Part shown: positions 1 through 13,526 of the stretch, piece by piece
Numbering within the stretch: the stretch's first letter is position 1
How the letters are laid out: each line of letters starts with the position of its first letter
From: Tubulanus polymorphus
Lineage: Eukaryota; Animalia; Nemertea
Reading direction: 5' to 3'
Length of the DNA stretch: 64,000 nt
Assembly (NCBI RefSeq): GCF_964204645.1
Contig: NC_134026.1
Coordinates: 14,480,150-14,544,149, forward strand
The notes under the pieces: model-generated
Told to the model about the DNA's origin: nothing
The model's input: the letters and a program-made list of their open reading frames with translations, nothing else
Database searches by the model: none
Made by a program: the position numbers and the translations under genes

Positions 1-73
1 TAAACGTCCGTCGCCGACTTAAAAATTCGGAATGACGAAAACTTCCGCATTGAGAGCGCCACCGCACCAATTC

Positions 74-568
74 AAATATAGTTGCAAAGCAGCGATAACG
101 GGTTTTCTGGATGCATGTGATCGAAAGGAAAAATTAATTACCGGGTATTCGATGGAAAAAATAAAATGAGATGATTTGGATATTATCGGAGCAATCCTCT
201 TTTTGGTTGAATGGTCTAACCCCAGTATAGTCCCCGTGATTTGGAAATTCTCGGAGCCCTCCTTTATTTACTTACTAAATGACGTCACAAACTGTTATTT
301 CGCCAGTGCTTGTTGTCTAACAATTCAATTCAATTCTTTATTTACAGTAACGTAATAAGTAATTTTAAGTTTCAAATACATTCAGACAATCTGTTGGTTG
401 AGAGAGACCGTTATTACAGTATCAATTTATACATTTCGTTTCGAAGCTGTCAGTTGCCGAATCTGAACGAAGATGAATTTTATTTGACGAAATCGGCGGA
501 AAATATATAATAATAATAATCAACAGAATTTCAAGAGGGCTTTCGACGAAAGTCAGAAAACCCTAATT
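74..568 (-). mobile_element. Non-autonomous Helentron/HINE-like element
   Basis: Subterminal inverted repeats GGGTTTTCTG (100-109) and CAGAAAACCC (554-563), a 5' palindrome, and a 3' stem-loop of the GCTGC-TTT-GCAGC type. The same ~36-nt end motif recurs at about 1661-1697, 15198-15234, 22000-22036, 27356-27386 and 35547-35584. Confidence 0.55.
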
Positions 569-569
569 A

Positions 570-1697
570 TATGGATCGGAAACTCTCCAGCGATGCACTC
601 TATGATCTTAAGAACCTGTCTCTGCTGACTGGGAATAAGATATTTCTCAGCGCGAAGGGGGCGGGGCGCAGCGTCACCAGGTCCCGCTCCGCGAGGAAGC
701 TAGATTTTCAAAGAAATGAGTGCACGCGTACGGCTGTGACCACTTGTTAGGGACGTCATCAAGAAGGGTGGCTCCAAGAATCGCCACATCACAGGTTACC
801 ATGGTTACTGTGAATAAATGGGATTCGACCATTCAAAAAATCAAAATGTACTTTCTTGTTTTGTAAAACAAGTTTATTCATGTCGTTATATAAAGCATTT
901 TGTTTGGAACATTCTTTAATAATGTTTGTTGAGTTTAAAGCCAATTGTCGTTGTGTAATTCCATACTGGTCACTGACATCAAAGTTTTAGTTTTTGTTCA
1001 CATGTTTCGACTTATAAATATCCAACTTGTATGTTCTATCTTTAAATACAGGCCATGTGATTAATTGCGTATCACTCCGTTAGTTTAAAAAGAGAGCACA
1101 TATTTCAATATTGTTAAATAATTAACTACATCATCTTAACTACCCATCACATATAAAATTCAAATGTACGTGATGTATTCTGTAAGCTATGTAAGCTTGT
1201 TCTTAAAATACACTATGAATTTTCAATTTGTACTGACCATAATAGTTTATTTTTCGTAAATAAAATTTATATTTTAATCAAATAATTTCAAAATCTTTTC
1301 TATGCCCTCTGCAACAGAAAGTTACTAAGGACTATTACATATTCAGATGTACGTTGATAATTGATTCAATCGTCCCTTGAAATAATTATATGAACATTAT
1401 TTCGGAAAATGCAGGTGGCGCACAATAATAATACTTAAAACTCATCAAGCTGACGAGTCGTTTCCGTAACCAATGTTACAGACGGGTAACCAATCTACTC
1501 AACTCCACAGACAACTAAACGACCCGAGTAACCCCCAATTTGACTATAACTATAAATTATGTTATGTTAACCGCATTGGTGTGACTTGACACATCAAATG
1601 CGTATCCCGTATTGATATATTTCTATTATCCACTTTTCAAATTATGAATAGCACGCCTGCTCAGAAAACCCGTTATCGCTGCGTTGCAGCTATATTT
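570..1697 (+). mobile_element. Second Helentron/HINE-like copy, head-to-head with the first
   Basis: Ends in CAGAAAACCCGTTATCGCTGCGTTGCAGCTATATTT. Positions 750-840 are a diverged reverse complement of 200-290. The 5' limit is uncertain. Confidence 0.4.
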
Positions 1698-2449
1698 ATT
1701 TATGTAATTCAAAACTTCAGTGTCGTAAAAGTAGAATCTTAATTGACTATATTGCATAGGCCTAAAGCCAGGCCATCAGATGTGTATGGAATTGAATTGA
1801 ATTCAACACAGCAATTCGCCTGAAATTTGCGATGTATCTTTTTGAAAATTAGCGTTAGGATTGCGGGATGTCCACCCCATTTGAAAAAAGTTAATTGGTG
1901 ATCAAATATGGCTGCCGGTGGGGGTGGCCATCTTGAATTTCTTGTTTGCACGATGAAGCCCGATATTCTTGATAGATTTGATGTATATTGAGATCATCGG
2001 CTTTCAAATATGGCCGCCAGTGCAGCCATCTTGAATTTCTAGCACAAAACGACCTGCAATTCTTGATGCATTTTCATCAGTGTAAGAATGTTGGTAGGTG
2101 AAAAAGTATGTCCACCAGGGCTGCCAGATATCTTGGATCTACAATTCTTCATGTATTTTTTTCATCTAGGGTGATGTTTGGGGCAGCTAAAATGGGCTAG
2201 TCTTTTCATGTTAGGATATATTGATAGAAAATTATCTTTAACGCCACTACCATCTTAACAATTTTAAAATTTGATATCGCCACTACCATCTTAACTTTTT
2301 TAAAATTTGTTACATCGTTACAATGTAAATCTTTCTGTAAAACTTTGAATACGGAATCATTTTCATCTACTGCGTCGTGGAGGAATAAGGCCCGCGGGCC
2401 TCTTGACATTATCATTATTACATACTCAACGGATATTTTCTTCTTTCAG

Positions 2450-2642
2450 GTAAGGAACCGAGAAGATATTCATGATCTGCTTCAACTGAGTAATTACATA
2501 GACCTCGTTATTCCCAGAGGTTCGAAGGAGCTGGTTTCTAAGATCCAGGGAGCCACGGATATTCCAGTTCTCGGGCATAGTGAAGGTGTTTGCCACGTGT
2601 ACATAGACAACGACGTCGATCGACTAACCGCCAAAAGAATCG
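2450..2642 (+). CDS. ALDH18A1: Delta-1-pyrroline-5-carboxylate synthase (P5CS), internal exon, glutamyl-phosphate reductase domain
   Basis: Acceptor ttctttcag|G and donor G|gtagct. Translates [53 protein letters not shown], containing the ProA/P5CS motifs DLVIPRG and PVLGHxEGVCHVY. Phase 1 matches the next exon. Confidence 0.93.
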
Positions 2643-5600
2643 GTAGCTATTTTTGAAATAACGTTCATACTAACTGCGATTGGTTTGGATAGAAAAAGGA
2701 TTAATGGGGTTGCTGCCTTGATGATCGACGTAGTCATTATGCAGCTCTCAATCAATTGGATGAAGCCGCTGTCGCACCTATGCTCGAACAATCAATTAAG
2801 GCCCCAACATACGATAATTTCGCAAAATCTTGCATTGGATGTGGGAATTAAAAAGTCCTCTACCAGTGTTGATGTCTTTTCCACCAGTATCGGTTATAGT
2901 GTAAAATCCTCAACCGTTCAATTTATTTTTAGAGTGAAAGTAACTCGATTTCTTATTCTATCTATATATCGATTTTATGGACTTTCGCTTTAGCAAAGTC
3001 CATTATGCTAACGCATATGAAACTGTCTTCCTTTGGTACAAAATATCTTCCAAACGAGTCTCAGTTTCTCTTCGGAACTTTCAAAACATAAATCACAATG
3101 GATTTAATCGGAATCCGTTGCTTTTCTAATTTGAAAAATAAGCAACGGACTCAGTACTTGAATAAAGGCCCCGCAAAGAAATCGATGGAAAGAATATAAA
3201 GACGATAAGATCTCTTGCCGTTTACCCAAAATAACCATTTTCCAACCACATAAGCATATGCGGGTCTCTGTAGTATCTCTTGCTTGGATTGTGACACATT
3301 TTGCAACTTGTAGACCTCAATGTGTATAGATATGACTTCGATTGTTCTAATTTGACTTTTTATTTTAGAAGTGTTACCCTAAGTCATGGGGTTAAGTTAT
3401 GCTTGGTAAATCCATCCTCTCATTAAAGTATCAACGGTAACTAAGGTTTCCACATGATATACTTCAGAGTTCGTGACTTCCCTTGTAACCCCCCCCCCCC
3501 CCGTCATTCGTGCAAAACTGTGTCAGAGTGGCTCACCAGGTGTACCCACTGATCAAATCACATAATTTTTGTCATTCCATGAAAATAGTTTTTAGTCCAA
3601 AAACCGAAAATTCAGATTTTTTTAGCATTGATTGACGTTTATGATGTCATGCAATTTGTCAAAATATTATAATGTACCAATGCGTTAAGGCCAATATTCA
3701 AGGAAATATTTAAACAATTACTTATAGATAGGGTTAATTAGTGATACATTTAGAATATGAAGGATTAAAAGGAAATAAATATAAATTCAGAACATATTTA
3801 ACGGATAGATTTTATAGTTTATCAAGTGAAGATATTGTAGAATTATGTGCTGGTGATTTCTATTTCATATATAAAGGTAAGAATGGAAAAGGACACCATG
3901 ATATAGATTTTGAATGAAATGAAAATGTGTAAAATAAATGGTAGAATTAAAAGAATATAGATTATATATTGATTATAGAAAACTTACAAATCATAAATGA
4001 CATAATTTGCTTATACAATTAGATAGAGAATTTAAAATTGTGTAGATTTAAAATTAGTTTATGTAATTCTTTTTACAATATATCGGATAAAAGTCTTGAT
4101 CATAATGTTTTAATGATTCATGTAAAAAAATTGAATAAATGGTATCATCTCTTTTTGAAACCAGGATTATATAATTTAGAGACTTAAGCGCAATATATAA
4201 ATTGAAATCTAGGTCAAAAATGGGTGGATCTGCAGGATTTGGGATTAAATTCTTTAAAAGTGATATTAGAAATTGAAATATGGCGTTTTCATACCAGAGT
4301 ACGCAGCAGATTGTGCTAAAGAATTTACGAGTTCTCCAGTAATAACATTTGCACAAAAAGGAAAAGTTGCTACATCAGGATTAAATATATTATGCAATTC
4401 ATTAGGTTTTCATACGAATATTGGTTTGATTAAACCTAAACCAAATTGTTTTATTCTAAGGCACACAGAAAAAGAAATAACTGAAGAAGTTAGAGATTTA
4501 TTTGAAATATATAACCCAATAGATTATGTTTATGATTTACTGAAGATGGAACATTTAACTGTGGATTTCCATTAATAGCGGCCAATACTGACAGTTACAT
4601 ACAAAAAATCAAGACAAATGACATAACAAAAGACTTAAAAACATTAAAACATCATTTTGACTTAAGCAATTATCCAAAAGATCATGAGCTATTTAGCATT
4701 GATAATAAAAGCAGCCTGGTAAGTTTAAAAATGAATTAGGGGGTGATGAAATTATTGAATTTGTTGGGATAAGAAGTAAAATGTATAGTTATAGAACAAA
4801 AGATCATGAAGCTGAAAAGTTAAAAGGAATAACAAAGCATGTGGTTGATAAACATATAGAATTTCAAGATTATATAAAGTGTTTATATAACTCAATTGTA
4901 ATGAAACATGAAATGAATTGTGATCAGAAGATTACGAGATGTACATTAATGAAGTTGAAAAAACTAGCTTAAATCCATTCGATGATAAAAGATATATTTT
5001 GGATGATGGAGAAAAAACATTACCTTATGGTTATTAAAACATAAAATCAATATCATCATACTCGAAATCACTACTGGTTTCTTCATTTTTATTTAATTGT
5101 TTAGGTTCTTCCATTTCATTTTTCTCTTTAAAATAAAATTCTATATTATTCCACATTTCATCTCGCTCTCTTTGTTTCTTCTTGTTTGTTAATTCATCAA
5201 ATGGAATTATAATATCGATGTTTAAAAAATTTACAATCTTATTTAAAAAGAATTCATAATTAATTGAATCTGTTATTTTATTATCCACATAATATCTTAA
5301 TATTTTTGTGAATGTTTCTTTTATATTTTCCATATCTTCTTCTGTTGAATTAGTTTTTTTATAATAATCGTTAAATAATAAATATAAATATATTTTCTTT
5401 TGTGTTAAATGTTGATGGAATAATTGTTTTTATTATATCTTTTTTAGTTATTTCACCATTTTTATTTTCTATCATTTTCATTTTTTCAAGCCATTGCTTA
5501 TTCTGGTGTATGATCTTCCATAGAACATATTTTAAAAATTTCATCTAGATATTTCAATTTTGGTTCTATATGAAAATCTCTAGTTTTTTCATCACCCCAT

Positions 5601-5826
5601 AAATTTCTTTGCCATCCACATTCATCACAAAATATCACAGAATCTTCTTGTATTAAATAATTATAAATACATTGTGGGGATTTTTTCTATCATTTCTTGG
5701 TAAAACATCTTCATTAAGTTCTTGGTATATCCTTTCGTTTTCTTTATGTTTTATTGTTTTATTAAGGAAAAATTTTATTAAAATTAATTTCTAATGGTTC
5801 GATGTAATTTTTTTGTGATATAAATA

Positions 5827-6519
5827 ATGGCGGAATTAGAAGAATATAGAATATTTCCTGATTCTAGAAAACTTGCAAATTATACATCACATAATTTACT
5901 AGTACAATTAGATAGAGAATTTAAAAATTGTGTAGATTTAAAATTAGTAAATTTAAGTTTATGTAATTCTTTTCATAATATATCGAATAAAGTCTTGATC
6001 ATTTAGCTTTTAAAATTCATGTAAGAAAATTGATAAATGGTTTCATATTTATCTAAAACCAGGATTATATAATTTAGAAACATTAGCGCAAGAAATTAAT
6101 AAAAGAGCTCGTTTAAAAATGGGTGCAGCTGCTCGATTTCAAATTAGATTTATTAAAAGTGATAGTTCGAATAAAATAAGAATAAGGTTAACTAATGAAA
6201 AACATAGATTTCTAGTAAGAAAACCTTTAGCTAAACTGTTTGGAATTCTTCCAGATAGAGATTATTAAATATTGATACTTATACAAATATAATGCCTTTT
6301 ACCTACAAAAACATTTGACGCAACTAAAGATACAATTTGTAATTCTAGTATATTGAATATTTTACCATCAAAAAATGTTAAACAATTTGGAACACAAATA
6401 AATTATAATTTAGCTGAATGTGATTTCCTTGTATTCCAAAATTTAATAATTTTAAATTAGAAATAAGAAATCATAATGGTTACTTAATTGATTTAAATAA
6501 CTTTCCTGTAATTAGTAAT
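5827..6519 (+). pseudogene. Putative minor capsid (penton-like) gene of the Polinton-like element, frameshifted
   Basis: N-terminus YRIFxDSR...VQLDREFKNCVDLKLVNLSLCNSFHNI, internal LKPGLYNLETLAQEIN, C-terminus FNNFKLEIRNHNGYLIDLNNFPV. This resembles single-jelly-roll penton patterns. The assignment is inferred. Confidence 0.55.
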
Positions 6520-6534
6520 TTCTTTTCTAAATAA

Positions 6535-6968
6535 ATGGATGATAAAGTTGATAATATTGATATTATTTCTCATGATATAAATAAAACTAAATTAAAATTA
6601 TATTTGGAAAAACAAATATTAGAATTTGAAAATGATTTAAAAATTAAAAAAAAAACATTTAAAAAGCAAAATTACATATTATATTATTATTAGTAGTTCA
6701 GTTACAATTAGTTCCGTGATAACATTTCTAGCATTATTCTCACCATTAACACCTTTAGCTATCTCAATTGGAGCTTTAGGTTTAAGTTCAAGTGTATTAA
6801 CCGGCACAAGTTAAAAATTAAATATAAAAAGTAATAAAGAAAAAATTAAATGTAATATAAAAGAAATTAATAAATTGAAAAATACATTACATTATATAAT
6901 GAGTTTAAATGGTAATATAACAGTTGAAGAACAAGATAAATTATCAAAAGAATTAATAAATTATTATT
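6535..6968 (+). pseudogene. Two-TM coiled-coil protein of the Polinton-like element (resembles adintovirus GasderminX-type ORFs)
   Basis: Basic helix, two hydrophobic segments, then KEKIKxNIKEINKLKNTLxYI. Paralogous copies start at 14691 and 20712. Confidence 0.45.
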
Positions 6969-6984
6969 TTTTTTGATTATATAA

Positions 6985-9012
6985 ATGGTAGATAGTTTTC
7001 CAAAAGCTTTTCAATATAAAAATCAATTAAATATAATATTCTAGCAATAGATTTTTAATAAAGATATTTCATATAGAAATGAAGTTTTAGATTCATTAAT
7101 TAATTTAGATATTTATGTCACTGAAACTAATAATTTTAATGCATAGATGGAAAGTATATTTCATGTATATATAAATAATTTCAAAAAATTGAAAGATGAA
7201 AAACAATGGTTATTAAAATCTAATATGAAGTATTGGCAGAACCAATTAAATTTTGCAGTTTATTGCGCAACAATAGGATGTGGAATTAGTTGGAATGATC
7301 ATTTGAATAATTCAAAATATAAATTAATCCAAAGTTTATTTAGATTTCATACTTATTTTCAAATAAGAGACCCCTTTACCAGGATCTAGATATTTTAAAG
7401 AATTAGATAATAATATTAATTTATCAAAGTTTTATAAAATTTGTAATTAATTTAATATAGATATAAATAATTCTGATTTTAGAACAAAAATTGGAACAAT
7501 GAGATCACTTCCTTGCCCAAAAAAATTGTAGAATATTGCACACTTCCCATACCATCTAATATTTTTTTACAATATCCATAATGATAAATTAGGTTATGGT
7601 AAATAATAATAATAATAATAATAATTTATTTACTTATAAAGCGCATTTCTATAAAACATAATCATTGCACTTCACATTATTAAAACATATAAGACAGAAG
7701 CAGGTTAAAACACTAATTGTACAGGTTTCTAAAAAAAAAAATTTTTAAACGTGATTTAAAACATGAGACGGTTGGACTTTCACGAATTTCCTGTGGTAAG
7801 ACATCCATAAAGTTGGTGCCATGAAAGTAAAAGCTTTACGTCCAGCAACACGACTGTTATTAAGTTTAACTAAAATTGTTGGGTCATTGCTAGATCTAAG
7901 AGGTCGACTTGGAACATACTTAGTTAAAAGACTGCAAGTACACTGGAGCAGTACCATTAAGACATTTATAGACAATTAATAACATTTTAAAATTTACTCT
8001 ATCTAAGATGGGCAGCCAGTGCAAATCACTTAAAATAGGAGTAATATGGTCATTTTTTCTAGCCCTAGCAATTAGGCGAGCAGCATTATTCATTACAAGT
8101 TGCAGTTTTTTAATATTAGACGCAGATGTACCAGCCAACAGAGAGTTTGCATAGTCTAGCCTGGAAACCACTAAAGAGTTGACAGCATTTTTACACGATT
8201 GGTCATCCAGAAGGTGACGAATTTTGCTAATGCAATAAAGATGATAATTTGCTGTAGAATAGAAAATATAGATTTAAAAACATTAAATTTAAATTAGTTA
8301 CCGAAATTCTGCGATAATTTAAACAATAAAACAATAATGGTTGGATTTATTTTATTTTAGAAAATAGTGAAGATTTTACAAAATCAGGTATACAAAGAAT
8401 AAATCAATCAATTAGAACTTATTTGATATGTATTCTAGGTGCACAAGTTGAAACAAGATCCCCAATAATTGGAAATTTGAATACATCATTTGATACACAA
8501 AAACAATTCAAAGTTTTATTTGAAGATTCTTTCATAATGATAAAAATAGATCGATTCCAGAAAACATTGTAAGATATCAAAACTATTTAGATAAATCACA
8601 TGTAAGATTGAATTATTGTATAGGCCCTAATTTGTTAATTATTTCTAATGATTTAATATTAAAAATGGGTAATATAATTGGTTATAATAATTTAATTAAA
8701 ACTGCAACAATAGATAATAAGTTTGGATTAAAAGATATAAATAAAAAGATTATTACGGCTCCAAAACTAATGGAAGGTGAAAAAAATAAAAAAACATATT
8801 CAATCAACTGAAACTAAAACTAAGAATATCAAATTGGATAATGATTTTAAAATAAAAGATTACAATACTACAGAAAATATAAAAACTGATATTATCCAAC
8901 ATGATATAATTAAAACTAACAATGATAATAAATCCCATGAAAATACTAAATTAGCTATTACTTGTATAGGAATTGTAATAGGAGGAATATTTTTTATTTT
9001 AATTTTTTTTAT
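6985..9012 (+). pseudogene. Polinton-like ORF-D (WQNQLNFAVYCATxGCGIS motif, C-terminal TM), split by a LINE insertion
   Basis: TAAATG start. ORF pieces at 7147-7389, 8608-8811 and 8777-9019. A second 5' copy begins at 21144. Confidence 0.6.
7602..8256 (-). mobile_element. 5'-truncated L2/CR1-group LINE (ORF2 C-terminus plus 3' tail)
   Basis: SRLDYANSLLAG...LQLVMNNAARLI...HITPILSDLHWLPI..RVNFK motif, with an (ATT)n 3' tail at about 7602-7626. Confidence 0.85.
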
Positions 9013-9019
9013 TATATAA

Positions 9020-10430
9020 ATGGATGTAGAAGGTGGAGAAGATATTGGAATGGATACTTTGATGAACCCGGCATAACTGAAGAACAACCGTCTGATTTTA
9101 GTGAAACAAGTTTTAATGACGGTAATGAGCCAGAATATGATAATAATTTAAATATGCCCGATTATGTTAAAAATGCAGAATCACAATTAGATCCTGAAAA
9201 TTAGATCCAGATTTAGTAAAACAAGATTTAGATGATTTAAACAAAATACCTAAATTAGAACGTATGATTGAAAATTCTAAACTTAACATAAATGATGAAG
9301 ACGTTGGACCTTTAGCAGATCAATTAAAATCTTTAGATGATGGTAAATGGTATTATCATTTGAAAGGTGATTATTATATTGATATCTCGAATCAAAGTAC
9401 AAAACTAAATAAAACATTAGCAGAATCAACTTTGAGAAAATTTAGAATTAAAAAAATCATTAATGATATTATAACTGATGTTACAATACAAGAAAAAGAT
9501 GATAATATAGACGTATTTAAACAAAGAATTAATGAATTATTTGAAATAATCAAAAAGAAATCAGAAACAGAAACAACTTCTGAACAGAATATAACTTCCA
9601 AAACTAGTAAACTTAAATCAAATAAAATTCCAATTGAAAAACTTTTACCGAATGGATTAATTGATGCAACGGATCAACAATTAGAAGATTAAATATATTT
9701 TCTGATAAAGCAATTAGAGAAATTATTAGTAAAAGACTTGCATCTGATAAAATTGTGCATGATAAAAGTATAAGAGATTTTAAAATTAGAACTTTAGAAA
9801 AAGATTGAACTGATAGAATTAAACAAATAGAACAATTAAAGTTAGATAGAGATAATAAAGTTATTGAAGAAATTGAATTTAAAAAAAGAAATGCATATTT
9901 AGAAAAAGAAAAAGATGATTTAGAATATAACATAAAATTACAGGAAGAAGAAATTAAGTTATTAAAAATTATCCTATGATTATAATATTAATAGATTAAA
10001 AGTTGTTGTTAGAGATTTGTTGATAAAACCAAATTCTCAAATATCATTAAAAGATAGAATAAAATTATTATTTAAATTAGAAGGTATAACAATTCGTTCA
10101 ATTCTAACAGCTGTAACTATGTTATTTACAATAGGTTTAGCTATTTCAAATTCATTAAAATCTACATCCAATAAACCGGATAAACCTCCGAGTAATAATT
10201 CTATACAAGATAAAGTTGAGGATGGTTTAAAAAAATTAGCAACATATCTATGGGAACTATCTAAAAAATCTGCTGCAGCATTACCTGGAATTATAGCATC
10301 GATTGTTGGTTTTGTTTTAAAATCTGCTGGAAGTATTATTAACTTTGCTGCTGAACATATTATTTCATTTTTAATTACAATTGTTAGTGCTATTATTTTT
10401 GGATTAGTGAATATGATAAAGAATAAATAA
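9020..10430 (+). pseudogene. Polinton-like ORF-E: acidic N-terminus, coiled coil, C-terminal hydrophobic helices
   Basis: TAAATG start and several stops. C-terminus LKDRIKLLFKLEGITIRSILTA...AAAALPGIIASIVGFVLK...FAAEH. Confidence 0.6.
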
Positions 10431-11093
10431 GTAATTTAAATAATTTTTCTTAATAAATGAGTGGTAGTTATATAAATCCTTACGAAGAGCAACTAAACTT
10501 ATGAAGAGCAACATAAATTTATAGTAAGAAAACCATTAGCTAAAATTGAAGCAAATAAACTTTAAACATATGTTGATGCTTTTGTAAATATAATACCTTT
10601 TACACATTTATATATATATTGTAATTTAATTGACCCTGTAAAAACATTTGAAGTAAATAAAGATAAAACTTGTAATTCTAGTATTTTAAATATTAACCAT
10701 TAAAGAATGTAAAACAAATTGGAACACAAATTAATTATAATTTCTCTGAATGTGATTTCAAACCATGTATTCCACAATTTAGTAATTTTGAGTTAGAAAT
10801 TAGAAATCTTAATGAATACCTAATTGATTTAACCCTGTGGAAGCCCAAACATGCTTCTGGCAGTAGGGCATACCCTTGCAATTACACTAAGCGCCACATA
10901 GTTGAGTCTGCCCTAATTACTCGTCACTCAGATATTAGTACCAATTTAAATAATGGCTTTTCTCCGCATAATTCCCTTCTTTCTAATTATATTACTTCAT
11001 GCCTTGCCAAACACTAATTATTTACTCACTCACCAATTTACTCAATTAATCTGTCCTCCTCTGTGTATATACCCCTTTTTAAATGTATATCTC

Positions 11094-11135
11094 ACACCTG
11101 ACGATGATCTCTAGGGTGAGATCGAAACGTCGTGT
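11094..11135 (+). ncRNA. Minimal type I hammerhead ribozyme in the pseudo-LTR
   Basis: ACAC-CTGACGA-T-GATCTC(tagggt)GAGATC-GAAA-CG-TC-GTGT provides the core, stem II and stem I. Confidence 0.75.
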
Positions 11136-13484
11136 CTTTTATATATTTTTGATTGAATACATAAATTCTGATTTTTAAATTCTTTTAATCTGTAAATAGT
11201 GGGATTTTATCTTATTATCCGTCCACCACGATTGAGTGTGGTTATCGTACTATTATGTTACCCACGGATTTTAATTTGGCTTTGAAATTCTTATTCATAA
11301 CCTTTCCTCATTTGATCTTTGCCTTTCGAAAATACGAATCTGCTGCTTATAAAGCTCACAAATCCAAAGAAAACGTCATATTTCTTCAAAAATGTCTCCT
11401 GGAACAGATTATTCCTAAATCTCTGAATTGGTTGAATAAATTCAAATCAGATCAACCATTTTCCAATGAAGCAGCATCTCATCTAAGAAATTGCATTTTG
11501 GAAGCAAAAGAAACTACCAACTCCAATTTCTATAAAATGCGATTAGTAGAACGTTTTCTCAGACACCATATACCTGATGGTTTCCTTTGGCACTCTCTTC
11601 ATTCAGGCATCAAGAATCTTTGCGCGGTACATCGTCTTAAGAAAAATTCGCATTTCTCTTCCATTCCGAATAATTTAATTGACAACAGCCCTTGGACCAA
11701 ATTTTACGCTACTGATAATGTTGTCAATCTATCTTCGGCTAAATTAACCAAAACCGAAATTCAAATTCTCGGTTTAGGATTAAATTTCTCTCTCCCGCAT
11801 AAAAAACAACACATTTTGCATTTCGTTGAACGTATGGAAAGATCTCCTCCGGCTAGTTTTCAATACAATTTTATATTCATGAATTTGGACACCATTTGGA
11901 ATACCCTTCAAGGTCAATCTAATCAGTTCTTTCCTCGGAGATTTTCGATTGCTCTCCAGGAACTAAAATCCATCAAAACCATCCGCATCTCCAAGGCTGA
12001 GTAAGGCGGCAAAATTGTTATTCAAGATTTGATCAATTACAATTCTAAAATGTTTGCTATTCTCGGTGATTCCAATTTCTACAAATCCATCAAAAACAAC
12101 CCTTTGAAAAAGATGCAATCAGCTTTTAATTTAGGTTTAAAAACATCTCTAAGAAATTTCCTGACCATTCGGACTTCATCTCCAAATTCAACTCTCGGCT
12201 TCCAAATCTCCCTTATGCTTATGGTCTTCCAAAAATTCATAAACCCAATTCACCTTTAAGACCGATCATTTCTAATATCAATTCTCCATCATATCGGCTC
12301 TCCAAATATCTGGCTAAAGTACTCTCCCCGGCGTTGGGTACTTTTTCTGATTCTCACATTCGGCACAATATGGATCTTTTAGACAAACTCAAAAATCTCA
12401 AACCTAATGGACAAAAATTTAAACCTTTCGACGCTGTTTCCTTGTTCACAAATATACCATTGGATCCAACTCTCAATTTGATAAAAAGAAAAAACTCCCG
12501 GACTCCAATCTTGATCTCCCAATTCCCGTAGTATGTTTACTTGAACTTTTGGAACTCTGTACATCCAATCTATATTTCCAAATCCAAGACAAATTCTATG
12601 AACAAATTTTCGGTTTCGCTATGGGTAACCCATTATCCCCGATTTTAGCCCATCTTTTCCTTGAACACTTTGAATCCGAAATTCTCCCTAAGTACGCTGG
12701 CTCTAAACCTAACTTTTGGATTAGATATGTTGATGACATTCTGTGCTTAGTTTCTGATAGTTTTGATCTTACCTCTTTTATCGACTTCATCAACTCCCAA
12801 AATCCATCTTTGAAATTCACTTTTGAATGGGAACAAAATGACCAAATTCCGTTTTAGATGTTCTAATTCACAATACATTTTCTCATTTGATTTTCTCAGT
12901 CTACCGTAAACCTATCAACGCCGAGGCATACCTTCACTTCTTTTCGTTTTCTGCTAAATCAATCAAAATTGGTCTCGCTCAATGCCTCTTTCTCGGTGCA
13001 CTGCGGATCTGCGATGAAACCTTCCTTTCGGCTGAATTTGAACATATATCCAACTCTCTTAGAAAATTGCCTTACCCTGATCACATTTTGAAAATCGCTA
13101 TTTTTAAGGGTAAACGTACTTTCTTCAATTCTAAGCCTCCAGAAAAGAAAAAACACATTTTAGAGTTCATTTTAGTTACGTATGTACCTGTTTTGGAAAA
13201 GTTTCGTCACTCTCTCCCTTTATCGGATAAATAAATCATTTTCACGTATGAAAACAGGATTAGTAGGACTTTGGTTAAAAAAATCAATCTAAACTTTTGG
13301 ACCTAATAACTCGTCACTCAGATATTAGTACCAATTTAAATGACGGCTTTTCTCCGCATAATTCCCTTCTATCTAATTATATTACTTCATGCCTTGCCAA
13401 ACACTAATTATTTACTCACTCAACAATTTACTCAATTAACCTGTCATCCTCTGTATATATTCCCCTTTTTTTAATCTATATCTC

Positions 13485-13526
13485 ACACCTGACGATGATC
13501 CCTAGGGTGAGATCGAAACGTCGTGT
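13485..13526 (+). ncRNA. Hammerhead ribozyme, second pseudo-LTR copy
   Basis: Same motif as 11094-11135 with one stem II change. Confidence 0.7.

Noticed and set aside
74-1697. Opposite-orientation 36-nt motifs read as TIRs of one 1.6-kb transposon
   Set aside because: The motif occurs singly elsewhere and pairs with a subterminal repeat at 554-563. This fits two head-to-head Helentron-like elements better.
2345-2656. ORF-track ORFs 2345-2656, 16835-17116 and 17195-17425 as standalone genes
   Set aside because: They are ALDH18A1 exons extended into intron sequence.
10457-10500. MSGSYINPY start as the major capsid protein gene
   Set aside because: Only about ten codons survive before a deletion, too little to call. 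It is mentioned only as a possibility.
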